Below, one piece after another: positions 39,174 through 49,835 of a stretch of DNA of 64,000 bases. Every line of letters starts with the position of its first letter. Positions within the stretch are counted from its first letter, which is position 1. The stretch comes from an uncultured Thermoplasmatales archaeon (GTDB taxonomy: Archaea; Thermoplasmatota; E2; UBA202; DSCA01): contig CAZESS010000001.1 in the NCBI GenBank assembly GCA_964514975.1, positions 3,736 to 67,735 on the forward strand. Direction: 5' to 3'. The notes beneath the pieces are model-generated. The model was not told the origin of the DNA and did no database searches. It worked only from the letters and a program-made list of their open reading frames with translations. The translations under genes were made by a program, and so were the position numbers.

Positions 39174-40025
39174 ATGTCCATGTCAACACATTTCGAGGAC
39201 CACTCCGGGTTTCTCTGCACCGGGGAGCCATATGAAACGGCAGACGTCACGCTCTTCGGCGTCCCCTATGACGGCACAGCCAGCTTCACCCCCGGCGCAC
39301 GACACGGCCCCGCAGCCATCCGCCATGCATCCTGGGGGCTGGAGCCATACAGCCCGGCGCTGGAACGCACGCTGCTCGACCTGTCCATCTGTGACCTCTA
39401 TGACCTGCCGACGTTTGGCACACAGCGGGAGATATTCCGCAACGTCAGAGCGGCAGCGGAGCAGGCTGCCAGGGACGGCATGCCATTTCTCGCGCTCGGC
39501 GGCGACCATTCCGTGACCTATCCACTCGTCGAGGGCACACACCGCGTGGTGGACACTCTCGCCGTGCTGGTCTTCGACGCCCATCTCGACCTCCGCGACA
39601 CCTACCAGGGCAACCCGCTCTCCCATGCCTGCACGGTCCGTCGCTGCCATGAAACAGTCCCCGAGGTCTACCATTTCGGCGGCCGCTCCGGCGTCGAAGA
39701 GGAATGGCAGGAACAGGAGATACATCGACATGCGGGGCTGCTCCCCGAAACAGTTGTCGAGGAGCTCATGGACGGCGACTGCCCGCTCTACGTCAGCATC
39801 GACATCGACGTGCTCGACCCCGCATATGCCCCCGGTGTCGGCACACCGGAGCCGGGCGGCTGCACCACCCGGGAGCTTATCAGCGCAATCCACCGGCTCA
39901 GCATGCTCCGGCCTCGCCTCGTCGGCTGCGACATCATGGAGGTCACCCCCGCGCAGGACCCCGCCGGGATAACCGCCAGCGCCGCGGCGTTTCTCGCACG
40001 CGAGCTCCTCATGCTGCTGGCATAG
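39174..40025 (+). CDS. speB: Agmatinase
   Basis: GGDHS, DAHLD, SHA and SIDIDVLDPAYAPGVGTPEPGG motifs. Confidence 0.9.
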   Translation: MSMSTHFEDHSGFLCTGEPYETADVTLFGVPYDGTASFTPGARHGPAAIRHASWGLEPYSPALERTLLDLSICDLYDLPTFGTQREIFRNVRAAAEQAARDGMPFLALGGDHSVTYPLVEGTHRVVDTLAVLVFDAHLDLRDTYQGNPLSHACTVRRCHETVPEVYHFGGRSGVEEEWQEQEIHRHAGLLPETVVEELMDGDCPLYVSIDIDVLDPAYAPGVGTPEPGGCTTRELISAIHRLSMLRPRLVGCDIMEVTPAQDPAGITASAAAFLARELLMLLA

Positions 40026-40064
40026 AAATAGTTAAAAGAGGGGCGGCCATGTTGCCCTGATACC

Positions 40065-40982
40065 ATGGACACGGAGCTGGCAGTCATCGGGGCAGGAAGC
40101 GCGGGCTACACAGCCGCCATCTACGCCGGCAGAGCGGGCATCGACGCCATCGTCTTCGACACGGGCATGGGCGGCGGTCTCTCCACCTGGGCACCCCGGA
40201 TAGAAAACTATCCCGGCTTCCCCGACATATCCGGCGTCGACCTCATGGACCGGATGAAAGAGCACGCGGAGCCCTACGCCACGTTTCGCTACAACGAGGA
40301 GGTCGCCGCCATCGAGCCAGACGGCGACGGCTTCAAGGTCACCACGGCAAAGGATACCTACACCTCCGGCGCAATAATCATCGCCACCGGCACCACCCCA
40401 CGGCAGCTCGATGTCCCCGGAGAAAACAAGCTCCGGGGGCGCGGCGTCTCCTACTGCGCCACCTGCGACGGCTCCTTTTTCACCGGCAAAAAGGTAGCCG
40501 TGGTCGGCGGCGGCAACAGCGCCGTCAACGAGGCCATCTACCTCCACGGTCTGGGCTGCAACGTCACCCTCATCCACCGGCGCGACAGGCTCCGCGCAGA
40601 GGAAGCACTCGCCCGCGAAATTGATGACAAGGACATCCCGGTCATCTGGAACACCGTCGTCGAGGAGATACGGGGCGACCCCGTGGTCGAAACACTGGCG
40701 CTCAAAAACCGCAAGACCGGCGAAACCACCGAACAACAGTTTGACGGTGTCTTCATCTCCGTCGGCGAAACACCGCAGTCGTCGCTCGCCACATCCCTCG
40801 GCGTGGAAACCGACAGCCATGGATACATCAAAACCGACGAACGGCAACGCACCACCATCGAGGGCGTCTACGCCGCAGGCGACATCACGGGCGGCGTCCG
40901 GCAGATCATCACCGCCTGCGCCGAGGGCGCAACCGCAGCGCTCACCTCCATGCACACGCTGGGCAAAAGCTATCCGTTCTAG
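40065..40982 (+). CDS. trxB: Thioredoxin-disulfide reductase
   Basis: [23 protein letters not shown] and YAAGD motifs. Confidence 0.93.
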   Translation: MDTELAVIGAGSAGYTAAIYAGRAGIDAIVFDTGMGGGLSTWAPRIENYPGFPDISGVDLMDRMKEHAEPYATFRYNEEVAAIEPDGDGFKVTTAKDTYTSGAIIIATGTTPRQLDVPGENKLRGRGVSYCATCDGSFFTGKKVAVVGGGNSAVNEAIYLHGLGCNVTLIHRRDRLRAEEALAREIDDKDIPVIWNTVVEEIRGDPVVETLALKNRKTGETTEQQFDGVFISVGETPQSSLATSLGVETDSHGYIKTDERQRTTIEGVYAAGDITGGVRQIITACAEGATAALTSMHTLGKSYPF

Positions 40983-41704
40983 GCCACCCGGCTCATCCGG
41001 AAGGCGCCGGTCAGCCTGACCTCGTCCTGTTCGAGGAGGTAGTCGATCCAGTTGCGGGAGACGACCTCGCCGCAGCCCTGCGTCCGTATCTGCATGCGGG
41101 CGCCCTCCTCCTTCATTTCGATGACGCCGTCCATGAGATGCTTGATGGTTTGCACCTCGAGCTCCTCGTGCATCCCCCGGGTCATCGTGAAAATCGAGGT
41201 TGAGCCCATCCGCTTGCAGGTTCCGCTCACCACCTGCAGGAAGCGGAAGACGGCTTTTGCGTCGGCGTACACGATAAGGGTTGACAGCGAGTCCAGGATG
41301 AGCCGATGCTGCTCGTATTCCTGGGTGAACGCCTTCTCGGCTTTGATGATAGATGCGGTTATCTGCTCACGGTTGACGGGGCTGTCGACAAAGGTCACAT
41401 TGGGGCCGGTTTCGTCCAGCTCGACGCTTTTCGAATAGACGTCGATGTAGCGCACCATGCCCTCGTCCTCATAATTGGCGTAGTCGTCGTCCAGCTGGTC
41501 CATCTCCTTTTTTATGTCCATGAACGACCGGTCGGTCAGCACGAAGATAACCGGCTCGCCGTTTTGCAGCCCGGCCAGCGCATAGTATTTCATGATGATG
41601 TCCTTGCCGATAAAGGGCGCCGCATACAGCAGCGTGTTGGTCACCGCGGGCAGTCCGCCCTTCAGCAGCTCGTCCAGCCGGTCGATGCCGGTTTCAACAA
41701 GCAT
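40979..41704 (-). CDS. KaiC/RAD55-like ATPase (degenerate Walker A)
   Basis: [28 protein letters not shown] and MDGVIE motifs. Confidence 0.88.
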   Translation of the reverse strand: MLVETGIDRLDELLKGGLPAVTNTLLYAAPFIGKDIIMKYYALAGLQNGEPVIFVLTDRSFMDIKKEMDQLDDDYANYEDEGMVRYIDVYSKSVELDETGPNVTFVDSPVNREQITASIIKAEKAFTQEYEQHRLILDSLSTLIVYADAKAVFRFLQVVSGTCKRMGSTSIFTMTRGMHEELEVQTIKHLMDGVIEMKEEGARMQIRTQGCGEVVSRNWIDYLLEQDEVRLTGAFRMSRVA

Positions 41705-42869
41705 CTGATACCTCCTCCAAAAGATTGGTGAGCGCCTCGAACGTCTCCAGCACGCCGCGCCCCGAGGTCGCCACGGTCCCGATGACGGGCACGTCGGGGA
41801 TGTCGAGCGCCCGGCGTATCTCCCCGTCGCTTGCGTCGTCCGGCAGGTCGCGCTTGTTGGCTGCGACCACGAACGGTATGCCGGCGTCGCGGATGTAGTC
41901 GACTGCCTCCCGCGCCTTTTCAAATGACGGGTTCGAGGCGTCGATGACCAGGATGGCGCACGAGGCGGTGGCGCCCATTTTTTCCATAAGCGGCGCAAAC
42001 CGTTCCTGTCCGGGAATGCCGAACAGCTCGGCCCGGTAGCCGCCATGGTCGACCGTTCCATGTTCGACTGAGACGGTGGCGCCCATCCGGTCGACCTGCG
42101 TGGAGCGCTCGGAGAGCGCCTTGATGAACGTGGTCTTGCCGGCCTTGAACGGGCCGACCACCAGCATTTTTGGAATGTAGAGCTTGATGCCGCCCGGCCG
42201 AAACACCTTGAAGGGCACCGACACGCCGGTGACGCCGTTCCAGTTCGTCTGCTTCACCCGGAACGCCTGGCCGGTGAACGCGCCCTGGCTGACCGAGTGC
42301 ACCTCGACGATGCCGTCAAAGCGGCGCTGTATCCGGTACATGATGTTTTCCTTGTAGGGCCAGGCCGTGAAATTGTAGATGGCGATGCTGTTCCGCTCGG
42401 AGATTTCCTCATTGATGCGCTTGACGCCCTTCAGGGCATCGCGTTCCCCGCAGAGGTCCATCACGTTGGACAGCGAGTCGAAGGCCAGCAGCGAGCCCTC
42501 TGGCACCGTTCCGAGCAGCAGCTCCTCGATGACGTCCTCGTAGCTCAGGATGTCATGTGGCTCGTAGATGAGATAGTCCTCGTCCGATGGAGCGCCGATG
42601 AGACGGGAGTAGCCGTCGACCATCCAGAGCCGCCCCGGGTAGTCGTCGAGCGGCCATCCGAACTCCTTGAAGGCCTGGCGGACCTGTCTGGGCGAGGACT
42701 TTGACACGATGTAGATACAGTCATTTCCCTGTTTCAGGTTGTGCTGCAGCACATGGATGCCCATGTTGCTTTCTTCTACCTCAGGCGAGATAGAAAACAG
42801 GAGGGATTTCTGCTCCGGAATACCGCCGTCCAGGTATGTATCCAGCCGCGGTATGCCTGTTTCTATCAT
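41694..42869 (-). CDS. Inactive KaiC-like domain fused to MglA/Arf-like small GTPase
   Basis: TGIPRLDTYLDGGIP with no P-loop Lys; then GPFKAGKTT, FGIPGQERF, NKRD and VAT. Confidence 0.87.
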   Translation of the reverse strand: MIETGIPRLDTYLDGGIPEQKSLLFSISPEVEESNMGIHVLQHNLKQGNDCIYIVSKSSPRQVRQAFKEFGWPLDDYPGRLWMVDGYSRLIGAPSDEDYLIYEPHDILSYEDVIEELLLGTVPEGSLLAFDSLSNVMDLCGERDALKGVKRINEEISERNSIAIYNFTAWPYKENIMYRIQRRFDGIVEVHSVSQGAFTGQAFRVKQTNWNGVTGVSVPFKVFRPGGIKLYIPKMLVVGPFKAGKTTFIKALSERSTQVDRMGATVSVEHGTVDHGGYRAELFGIPGQERFAPLMEKMGATASCAILVIDASNPSFEKAREAVDYIRDAGIPFVVAANKRDLPDDASDGEIRRALDIPDVPVIGTVATSGRGVLETFEALTNLLEEVSDAC

Positions 42870-42876
42870 GTCACCA

Positions 42877-43233
42877 TCACACCATCTCGGTAATCGATTT
42901 GGCCGCCTTCCGCATGGCCTCACATACCTGTGTGCAGTCATCCGCCGGGGTGGCAACGGCGAGCAGCGCCTGCGGCCCGGCACCCATGACGATGAGGGTA
43001 TGTTCCTTTGTTTTGACCTGTACATGTGAGGGCACACCGCTCCCGATTTCGTCCATGGCGGTTTCGGCAGCTCCCAGCAGGGTAGCAGTCATCGCGGCGA
43101 GAGCCTCGGGGCTCGTCCCGCTGGATGCCTCCGCCGCCATCAGAAGCCCATCGCGAGAGATGATGAAGCTCTGCTCGACGTCTGCCTCGGCCTCCAGGTC
43201 GCTTAGAATGTTTTTATACTGCTTGCTCTGCAT
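42877..43233 (-). CDS. Roadblock/LC7 (MglB-like) protein
   Basis: IISRDGLLMA and AAMTATLLGAAE motifs. Confidence 0.9.
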   Translation of the reverse strand: MQSKQYKNILSDLEAEADVEQSFIISRDGLLMAAEASSGTSPEALAAMTATLLGAAETAMDEIGSGVPSHVQVKTKEHTLIVMGAGPQALLAVATPADDCTQVCEAMRKAAKSITEMV

Positions 43234-43301
43234 GGTTCGCGCTCCTCTACCATGGATAAATGCCTTATTTTATAATAACTTTTCTAAATACGTCGCCCTG
43301 G

Positions 43302-45032
43302 CTACATGACGAGCTTGAACAGGATGTAGGTCACGATGACCATGATGGTGCCGTGGCGCAGCCCCGCCGCGATTTTTCCCTCGCCGAGCAGGCCGGCGAC
43401 GACGCCGTTGCCGATTGCCTGGACCAGGGCGGTGCTGACATAGATGAACTTGTATTCCTCGAGGTCGACGTTGCCGAACGAGATGCTGCCGACACTGGTC
43501 GAGTTTTCGGTTGCCGCGCCGAACTCGGGGAGAAACGTGGTGGTGAGGATGACGATGACCGCCAGGAAGACGAAAAAGGCGACGTATATGATCAGCAGGT
43601 ACATCTGCATCTCCATCTTCCGCTCGGCCTGCAAAATTTTTATCTCCCGGACGTTTTTCGCCGCGGCCTCGATAACCTCGGCGATTTTGCCGCCGGCCTC
43701 CGACGCCTTCACCACCAGGGAGGTCGTCCGCCGGACCAGCGGGGTCTTGATGCGCTCGCCGAACCGCCAGAAGGCGTCGGTGAACGAGGTGCCCCATGAT
43801 ATCTGGACGGCCATTTTTTTGATTTCGGTGCTCAGCAGCCCGTAGTCCCCGCGCGCCGAGGTTTCGACAGCCCGGGCCATGGTCATGCCGGCCTTGCGTG
43901 ACTCGGACAGGTCGCGCAGAAACTCGGGGAATCGTTCCTCCATCAGGTTCATCCGTCGGAAGCGCGCATATTCGTAGAAGCCGAACGGGCCGATGGCGGA
44001 GAGGATGGCGAACACGGTGAAATCGATGGCGTTTTTCTTGATGAGCGATATGGGGCCGAGACTGGTGATGACGCCGAACTGGATGAGCATGGCGATGGCG
44101 ATGAACACCGCGGTGAATGCGGCCGAGGTCGACAGCACCATGATGCGCTGCAGTGTTTCCTCGTCAAATTTTTCTTTCAGCGCCCCGGTCTGCTCCGGCA
44201 TGATGAGGATGATGTACAGGATGAGGCTGACCAGCAGGCCGACGCTGACCGCGATGAACGCGTATTCCCATGGAAAATTGCTCAGGCGGACGCCGCCGGG
44301 CAATCCGAACACCGCGACCAGGTTGACGATCACGAAGAGGATGATGAAGATGAGGATGCTCAGGTAGATGACGTTGCGCTGCATGATCATCGGGCGTTCT
44401 TCCCGGAACTTCGCTCGCTCGTAGACCCCTGTCACCGATGCAGTCGGCGAGGGCATTTCCCCGCCCAGCATCAGCGAGGTGACCTCGAACAGCAGCGCGA
44501 CGTTGAGGAGCAGCAACGGGTTTGACAGCTCGATGAGCAACGGCGCCGCGTCTTCGGGCAGCTCGATGCCGGTTTCCAGCTGCGACCCGATGACGATGAC
44601 GGTGAACGCCAGCGCGACGAGAAACAGGATGGTGTACCCCTTGCTTTTTTCGACCGTCGGGATGGACAGCACCGTGTACAGCATGAGCAGTATCACGCCG
44701 CCCAGCAGCACGGTGACCAGCACGTCGGATATCGGCATGTCGAAGAAGATGATGAACACGTTGAGAATCGTCGCGAAGATGACAACGATGAAGGCGACGA
44801 GCGACGACATGAAATATTTCCATTCGGATTCCTTGAACTCCTCGGACACGAACCCGAGCATGTCCTCCTTGATTTTCCGTTGCGCCCAGGAAAAAACCAG
44901 GAAGCCGCCCAGGGAGGCGCCGAGCAGCAGCGTGGAGGCCGTCGGCATGCCGACCGTCCGGGTCACCACGGCCAGGGCGATGAGGGTCAACAGCGACACG
45001 AACGAGATCCAGGAGATCTTTTTTCCTATCAT
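43302..45032 (-). CDS. TadC/ArlJ-like (T2SS F family) platform protein with large N-terminal multi-TM extension
   Basis: FPEFLRDLSE...GMT...A, YGLLS.EI and ASEAGG motifs; about 10 additional N-terminal TMs. Confidence 0.85.
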   Translation of the reverse strand: MIGKKISWISFVSLLTLIALAVVTRTVGMPTASTLLLGASLGGFLVFSWAQRKIKEDMLGFVSEEFKESEWKYFMSSLVAFIVVIFATILNVFIIFFDMPISDVLVTVLLGGVILLMLYTVLSIPTVEKSKGYTILFLVALAFTVIVIGSQLETGIELPEDAAPLLIELSNPLLLLNVALLFEVTSLMLGGEMPSPTASVTGVYERAKFREERPMIMQRNVIYLSILIFIILFVIVNLVAVFGLPGGVRLSNFPWEYAFIAVSVGLLVSLILYIILIMPEQTGALKEKFDEETLQRIMVLSTSAAFTAVFIAIAMLIQFGVITSLGPISLIKKNAIDFTVFAILSAIGPFGFYEYARFRRMNLMEERFPEFLRDLSESRKAGMTMARAVETSARGDYGLLSTEIKKMAVQISWGTSFTDAFWRFGERIKTPLVRRTTSLVVKASEAGGKIAEVIEAAAKNVREIKILQAERKMEMQMYLLIIYVAFFVFLAVIVILTTTFLPEFGAATENSTSVGSISFGNVDLEEYKFIYVSTALVQAIGNGVVAGLLGEGKIAAGLRHGTIMVIVTYILFKLVM

Positions 45033-45923
45033 TTATACCTCCGGGGTCATCGAGGTAATCACGACGGCGAAGCCGAGATGCGCCAGCGGCAGCATCACGA
45101 ATGCGACGAGGTACATGACCATCACTGAGCTCCCGCCCCCACCTCCGCCCTGGCTGACCATGCTCATCACGGAGATCATGACGATGAGGAACAATGGCGC
45201 CGCCACCACGACGGTGACATAGCTCTCTGCCATGACGCCCAGCGTCTCCATGAACTCCTTCTGCTCCCGGCGGTTTTCCCGCATGTATTCCTCGGCCTTG
45301 GTGAAAAAATAGCTTTTCAGGTTGCCGCCCGACGTCACCGTGGTGATGGCGCCCTGTATGAACTCCTGGAACTTTATCGACGGCGTCCGGTTGGCCGCGT
45401 TCCGCAGCGCGTTCACGATGTCGATATTGAAAATCGAGATGTCACGATAGATCCAGGCTGCCTCCTTCTGGACCTCCCCGTAGATGGGCTGCTCCGCCAG
45501 CGCCTTGAACGCGATCGCCGGGGTCACACCCGCTGAGGCCATCGCCGCCAGGAAGTTCAACGCATAGGGCAGCTTGTTTTTGATGTCCTTCCGCCGGCTG
45601 TTCGCCTTGCTCTCCGGGATCATCATCGTCACCAGGTAGGCGACGGCGCCTACGAGGATGGGAGCAGGAATGATGACAATAAGCAGCTTCGGGGGCAGCG
45701 TGGTGCCCATGGCCGGCATGACCACCAGCGCGAAAATGATAAACCCGACACCGGCGACGCCGCCCAGGATGCCGTTCATCCAGGCATAGGCGATATAGGC
45801 CTCCGGCCGCATCTCGAGATAGGCACGCTCGATGGAGCGCTTGATGTATTCTATCTGCGTCGACTTCGATGCCTTCTCGCCGAGGAGACGATAACACAGG
45901 CTCTGGTATCTATTCAGCGGCAT
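45033..45923 (-). CDS. TadC/ArlJ-like (T2SS F family) platform protein
   Basis: LPYALNFLAAMASAG, YGEV, RTPS and SGGNL motifs. Confidence 0.88.
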   Translation of the reverse strand: MPLNRYQSLCYRLLGEKASKSTQIEYIKRSIERAYLEMRPEAYIAYAWMNGILGGVAGVGFIIFALVVMPAMGTTLPPKLLIVIIPAPILVGAVAYLVTMMIPESKANSRRKDIKNKLPYALNFLAAMASAGVTPAIAFKALAEQPIYGEVQKEAAWIYRDISIFNIDIVNALRNAANRTPSIKFQEFIQGAITTVTSGGNLKSYFFTKAEEYMRENRREQKEFMETLGVMAESYVTVVVAAPLFLIVMISVMSMVSQGGGGGGSSVMVMYLVAFVMLPLAHLGFAVVITSMTPEV

Positions 45924-47871
45924 GGGATGCCTCGTCGTCGCGTTCATCCATTTCCGCGTCCGGCTCCACTGGTCCGGCGGCGGGCTGCTTTTGCTCCTCC
46001 GCCCCCTCGCCCTCCTCTGGCGGCGGGCGCTGCGGGGCGGGTATCTCCTCCACGTCGACATCCTCGGGGAATTCCTCTTCCTCGGCCTCGGCAGTCAGCG
46101 GCACCGGCTCCGGTGATGCCTCCTCTCCAGGTTCCGGCTCCGTGGCCTGGCCGTCGCCGCGGACGCGTTTCATCACCCGGTCGGGGTCCTTGTAGTAGGC
46201 GGCCAGTATCTCGCCGACGTCGACATAGTTCTTGATGCCGTTGTCAACCATCCATTTGATGACGTCGCGGCGGCGGTCGAACTCCTCGTTGAGCTCCCGG
46301 TCCGTCCAGTTCCGCTGCTCGGCGACCTTGTCCAAAACATGGCCCTTGCCATAATAATCGAAGGTGTCCTTCCGGGGATTCCAGCTGAACACCTCGTTGG
46401 TGAGAATGTCCTCGGTGTTCGGGTCGATGCCCACCACCTCGACCACTTTTCTGATGCGGCGCACGCGCTTCCGGCCGATGCGGAGCAGCGCCTGGATGGC
46501 CACCACGTTCAACGCCTGCAGCTGCACGCGGGGAATGTTGATGGGGTCGCCCTCGAGCCGGTGGACCACCGAGAAGATGGAGTCGGCGTGCATCGTCGAA
46601 TACACGGTATGGCCGGTCGCCATCGCCTGGAACAACACCACGGCTTCCTCGCCGCGAATCTCGCCGACCAGGATATATTCGGGTCGCTGCCGTAGCGCCG
46701 CCTTCAGCAGATCGAACATGCCCACGTTGGCGCCCTTTTCGGACTCCTCCGACCCCTCGCGGGTAATCGAGGCGATCCAGTTGGGATGAGGCAGGTTTAT
46801 CTCCCGGGTGTCCTCGATGGAGATGATCTTCATCTGCGGGGGGATGAACAACGACAGTGCGTTCAGCGACGTGGTCTTCCCCGAGGCGGTGCCGCCTGCC
46901 AGGACGGCGGAGGCGCCGTTTTCCACGGCCATCCAGAAATAGGCGGCGACCTCGGGAGAGATAGTGTTATATTCGACGAGATGGCTCGGCGTGAAGGGCT
47001 CCTCCCGGAAGCGCCGGATGGTGAAATTCGAGCCCATCGACGACACCTCCTTCGACAGGCAGGCCTGGATGCGGGAGCCGTCGGGCATCGTTGCGTCCAT
47101 CAGCGGCCGGGCGATCGAGATATGGCGGCCGCATTTCTGCGCGAGCTGGATGACGAAGCTGTCGAGCTCGTCGTCGGATGAAAACGTGACATTGGTGCGA
47201 AGCGACTCATAGTTGCGGTGATAAATGTAGATGGGCACCTGCGGCGAATCACAGGAGATATCCTCTATCATCGGGTCGATCATCAGCACGTCTATCTTGC
47301 CGTAGCCCAGGAAATCCCGGATGATGTAGTACATGATTTTTTCTTTCGGCTTGTCGTCGATGGAGATGGAATAATCGCTGAGAATCCGCTCGGTGTTTTT
47401 CCGCAGATAGTCCTTGGCCTCGTCGTCGGTGAACTCGGTTATCTCGACGTCCATGGTCTTGATGAGCGTTTCCTTCAAAAACTCAAATATTTTTTGCTCC
47501 TCGACCGAGAGCGTCGGCTCGATGACCTCATAGATGTACTCGTTCTTGTGGTTGTTAAACAAAACGCGGACGAAGGAAAACGGCTTCTTTATGGGATGCT
47601 GCTCGACGACCTCCATGTTTTCGTCCTTCGGCGGCGACAGGTCGACGACCTCCTCGTATTCACCGAGGATGTCCTTCACCCGCTTGCCCGCCTTGAGCGC
47701 CGAAAGCCGCTCCCGCGCCTTGGATTTTTCCTCCATCTGCTGGATGTTCAGCAGCTCCGACAGCTTATCATCGCGGGCGGACAGCCGGTCGCCTATCTCA
47801 AGGTCTTCTATGAGCTGCGACGCCCGTTTTTCTTCCTGCTTCTTCTGAAGCTCAAGCTCGCTCTTTGCCAT
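45910..47871 (-). CDS. Type IV pilus/archaellum-type assembly ATPase (TadA/ArlI family)
   Basis: DPMIEDISCD, GGTASGKTT, IEDTRE, ALRQRPEYILVGEIRG and TGH...STMHA motifs; acidic Pro-rich tail. Confidence 0.95.
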   Translation of the reverse strand: MAKSELELQKKQEEKRASQLIEDLEIGDRLSARDDKLSELLNIQQMEEKSKARERLSALKAGKRVKDILGEYEEVVDLSPPKDENMEVVEQHPIKKPFSFVRVLFNNHKNEYIYEVIEPTLSVEEQKIFEFLKETLIKTMDVEITEFTDDEAKDYLRKNTERILSDYSISIDDKPKEKIMYYIIRDFLGYGKIDVLMIDPMIEDISCDSPQVPIYIYHRNYESLRTNVTFSSDDELDSFVIQLAQKCGRHISIARPLMDATMPDGSRIQACLSKEVSSMGSNFTIRRFREEPFTPSHLVEYNTISPEVAAYFWMAVENGASAVLAGGTASGKTTSLNALSLFIPPQMKIISIEDTREINLPHPNWIASITREGSEESEKGANVGMFDLLKAALRQRPEYILVGEIRGEEAVVLFQAMATGHTVYSTMHADSIFSVVHRLEGDPINIPRVQLQALNVVAIQALLRIGRKRVRRIRKVVEVVGIDPNTEDILTNEVFSWNPRKDTFDYYGKGHVLDKVAEQRNWTDRELNEEFDRRRDVIKWMVDNGIKNYVDVGEILAAYYKDPDRVMKRVRGDGQATEPEPGEEASPEPVPLTAEAEEEEFPEDVDVEEIPAPQRPPPEEGEGAEEQKQPAAGPVEPDAEMDERDDEASHAAE

Positions 47872-47949
47872 GGAGCCACCAGGTGCTAAAACAACACCAG
47901 CCCCTATTTATACGTTATTATTTTTATAGAGGCGGGCCGTGCGCGCCGG

Positions 47950-49059
47950 CTACGGCATGTTACCGATGATTTCCTGGGTCATCTCCAGCGTCGACGCGTC
48001 GCCGCCCATGTCATAGGTCAGCATGTCGCCCTTGCTGATGGTCGCAGCGATGCCCTGCTCAAGCCGCTCGGCCATGTCCCGCTCGCCCAGATATTCGAGC
48101 ATCATCTTCGCGGAGCGAAGCATCGCCGTCGGGTTGACCTTGTACATGCCCGCATATTTCGGCGCGGAGCCATGCGTCGGTTCGAACAGGGCATAGTCGT
48201 CGCCGATGTTGCCGCTGCAGGCGAAGCCCATCCCGCCGATGAGCTGCGCCGACAGGTCTGAAACGATGTCGCCGAACATGTTCGAGGTCACCAGCACGCC
48301 GTAGTCCTGCGGGTTTTTCACCAGCCACATGCACATCGCGTCGATATTGGTCTCCCAGAGCTCGATGTCCGGGTAATCCTTCGCGATCTCCCGTGCATGC
48401 TCGATCATCATGCCAGAGGTCTCCCGTATCACGTTGGGCTTCTCCACCACGGTCACCGTCTCCCGGTCGTTCTCATCGGCATACTCGAACGCCTTCCGGA
48501 GGATGCGGCGGCAGCCCTCCCGGGTGAAAATCCGCGTCGAAACGGCAAGTTCGTCCGAGGGCACATCCCGGAAGCGCTCCATGTTGGGATGCGTCATCAG
48601 CGCCTTCCTGACGTTATCCGGCAGGGGCCGGAACTCCACGCCCGCATACAATCCCTGCGTGTTCTCCCGGAAGATAACCAGGTCGATGTCATCGCGGAAG
48701 TTCAACGGGTTGCCGGGATACGCCTTGCAGGGACGCACATTGGCATACAGGTCGAAGAGCTGGCGGAGCTTGACGATCGGGCTGAAATACTCACGTCCCT
48801 TGAGCTCCGGGGGCAGCTCCTTTTCGGCCTCCTGCTTCGGCTTCGAGGTGATAGCGCCGAACAGGCAGCAGTCCGTCTCCCGCAGCAGGTTTACGGTGCG
48901 CTCGGGCAGCGGGTTGCCCTCCGTTTTCCAGAACTCCCAGCCAACGTCGCCCTCGATGTAGTCCGCATCCAGGCCGAGCGCGTCGAGCGCCATCCCGGCG
49001 GCTTCCATTACGTCTTTGCCCACGCCGTCTCCGGGCAGCCATGCAATCTTATATGTCAT
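47950..49059 (-). CDS. Isocitrate/isopropylmalate/homoisocitrate dehydrogenase family
   Basis: PGDGVG, LYANVRP, RENT, NMFGDIVSD and FEPTHGSAP motifs. Confidence 0.92.
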   Translation of the reverse strand: MTYKIAWLPGDGVGKDVMEAAGMALDALGLDADYIEGDVGWEFWKTEGNPLPERTVNLLRETDCCLFGAITSKPKQEAEKELPPELKGREYFSPIVKLRQLFDLYANVRPCKAYPGNPLNFRDDIDLVIFRENTQGLYAGVEFRPLPDNVRKALMTHPNMERFRDVPSDELAVSTRIFTREGCRRILRKAFEYADENDRETVTVVEKPNVIRETSGMMIEHAREIAKDYPDIELWETNIDAMCMWLVKNPQDYGVLVTSNMFGDIVSDLSAQLIGGMGFACSGNIGDDYALFEPTHGSAPKYAGMYKVNPTAMLRSAKMMLEYLGERDMAERLEQGIAATISKGDMLTYDMGGDASTLEMTQEIIGNMP

Positions 49060-49153
49060 GTTTTTTCCTCCTGGGTGTATAGCGTATTACGTCGCCATAT
49101 TAATGGTTTGCTTTCCATCGGAAGACATTAAAACGGCAGCGCCCTGTGCAGCC

Positions 49154-49771
49154 ATGGGCACGATGGATGACCTCCGCGCCGAATTGCGACAGCTCATCGA
49201 CTCCCCGGTCAGCGAAACCGTCAGGCAGCGCATGCAGCAGTTCGCCTCCATCGACGACCCGTTCTGCGAGCTCTGCTTCTGCACGCTGACCGCTAACACA
49301 TCAGCCGAAAAAGCCATCGAGGTACAGCAACAATTGGGCGACGACTTCTGCACCCTCGGGCAGGAGGAACTCCGGGCCAGGCTCAAACAGGTCGGCTACC
49401 GTTTCACCAACCGCGCCGCCTACATCTGCCACAACCGCCGCTACCAAAACATCGGCACCATTCTCCAGCGCTTCGACGATGCACACGAAGCACGGGGATG
49501 GCTCGTCGAGCACATAAAAGGCCTGGGCTACAAGGAGGCCAGCCATTTCCTCCGCAACGTCGGCTACACAGACGTCGCGATCATCGACCGGCACATCCTC
49601 CGGGTCATAGAGCGCCACGGCCTCATCGACACCATCCCGTCGTCGCTGGCCCGGCGGCGCTACCTCGCGATGGAGGACACGCTCCGCAGCCTCGCAGCCT
49701 CGCTCGACATATCCCTGGCGGAGCTCGACCTGTATCTCTGGTACATGGAAACCGGGAAGATACTGAAATAA
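49154..49771 (+). CDS. ogg: 8-oxoguanine DNA glycosylase/AP lyase
   Basis: ELCFCTLTAN, IKGLGYKEASHFLRNVG, IIDRH and C-terminal TGKILK motifs. Confidence 0.92.
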   Translation: MGTMDDLRAELRQLIDSPVSETVRQRMQQFASIDDPFCELCFCTLTANTSAEKAIEVQQQLGDDFCTLGQEELRARLKQVGYRFTNRAAYICHNRRYQNIGTILQRFDDAHEARGWLVEHIKGLGYKEASHFLRNVGYTDVAIIDRHILRVIERHGLIDTIPSSLARRRYLAMEDTLRSLAASLDISLAELDLYLWYMETGKILK

Positions 49772-49835
49772 TACGTTCGGACCGCAGATATACTCTTACA
49801 GCCTTGCGTTTTCGGACTACTTCTTTTCTAGCTCA

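Noticed and set aside
40979-42869. Circadian kaiABC clock
   Set aside because: These are single-domain, degenerate KaiC-like proteins, and there is no kaiA or kaiB.
43302-47871. Archaellum operon
   Set aside because: No archaellins or arlC-G are adjacent, and two separate TadC genes fit a pilus-type system better.
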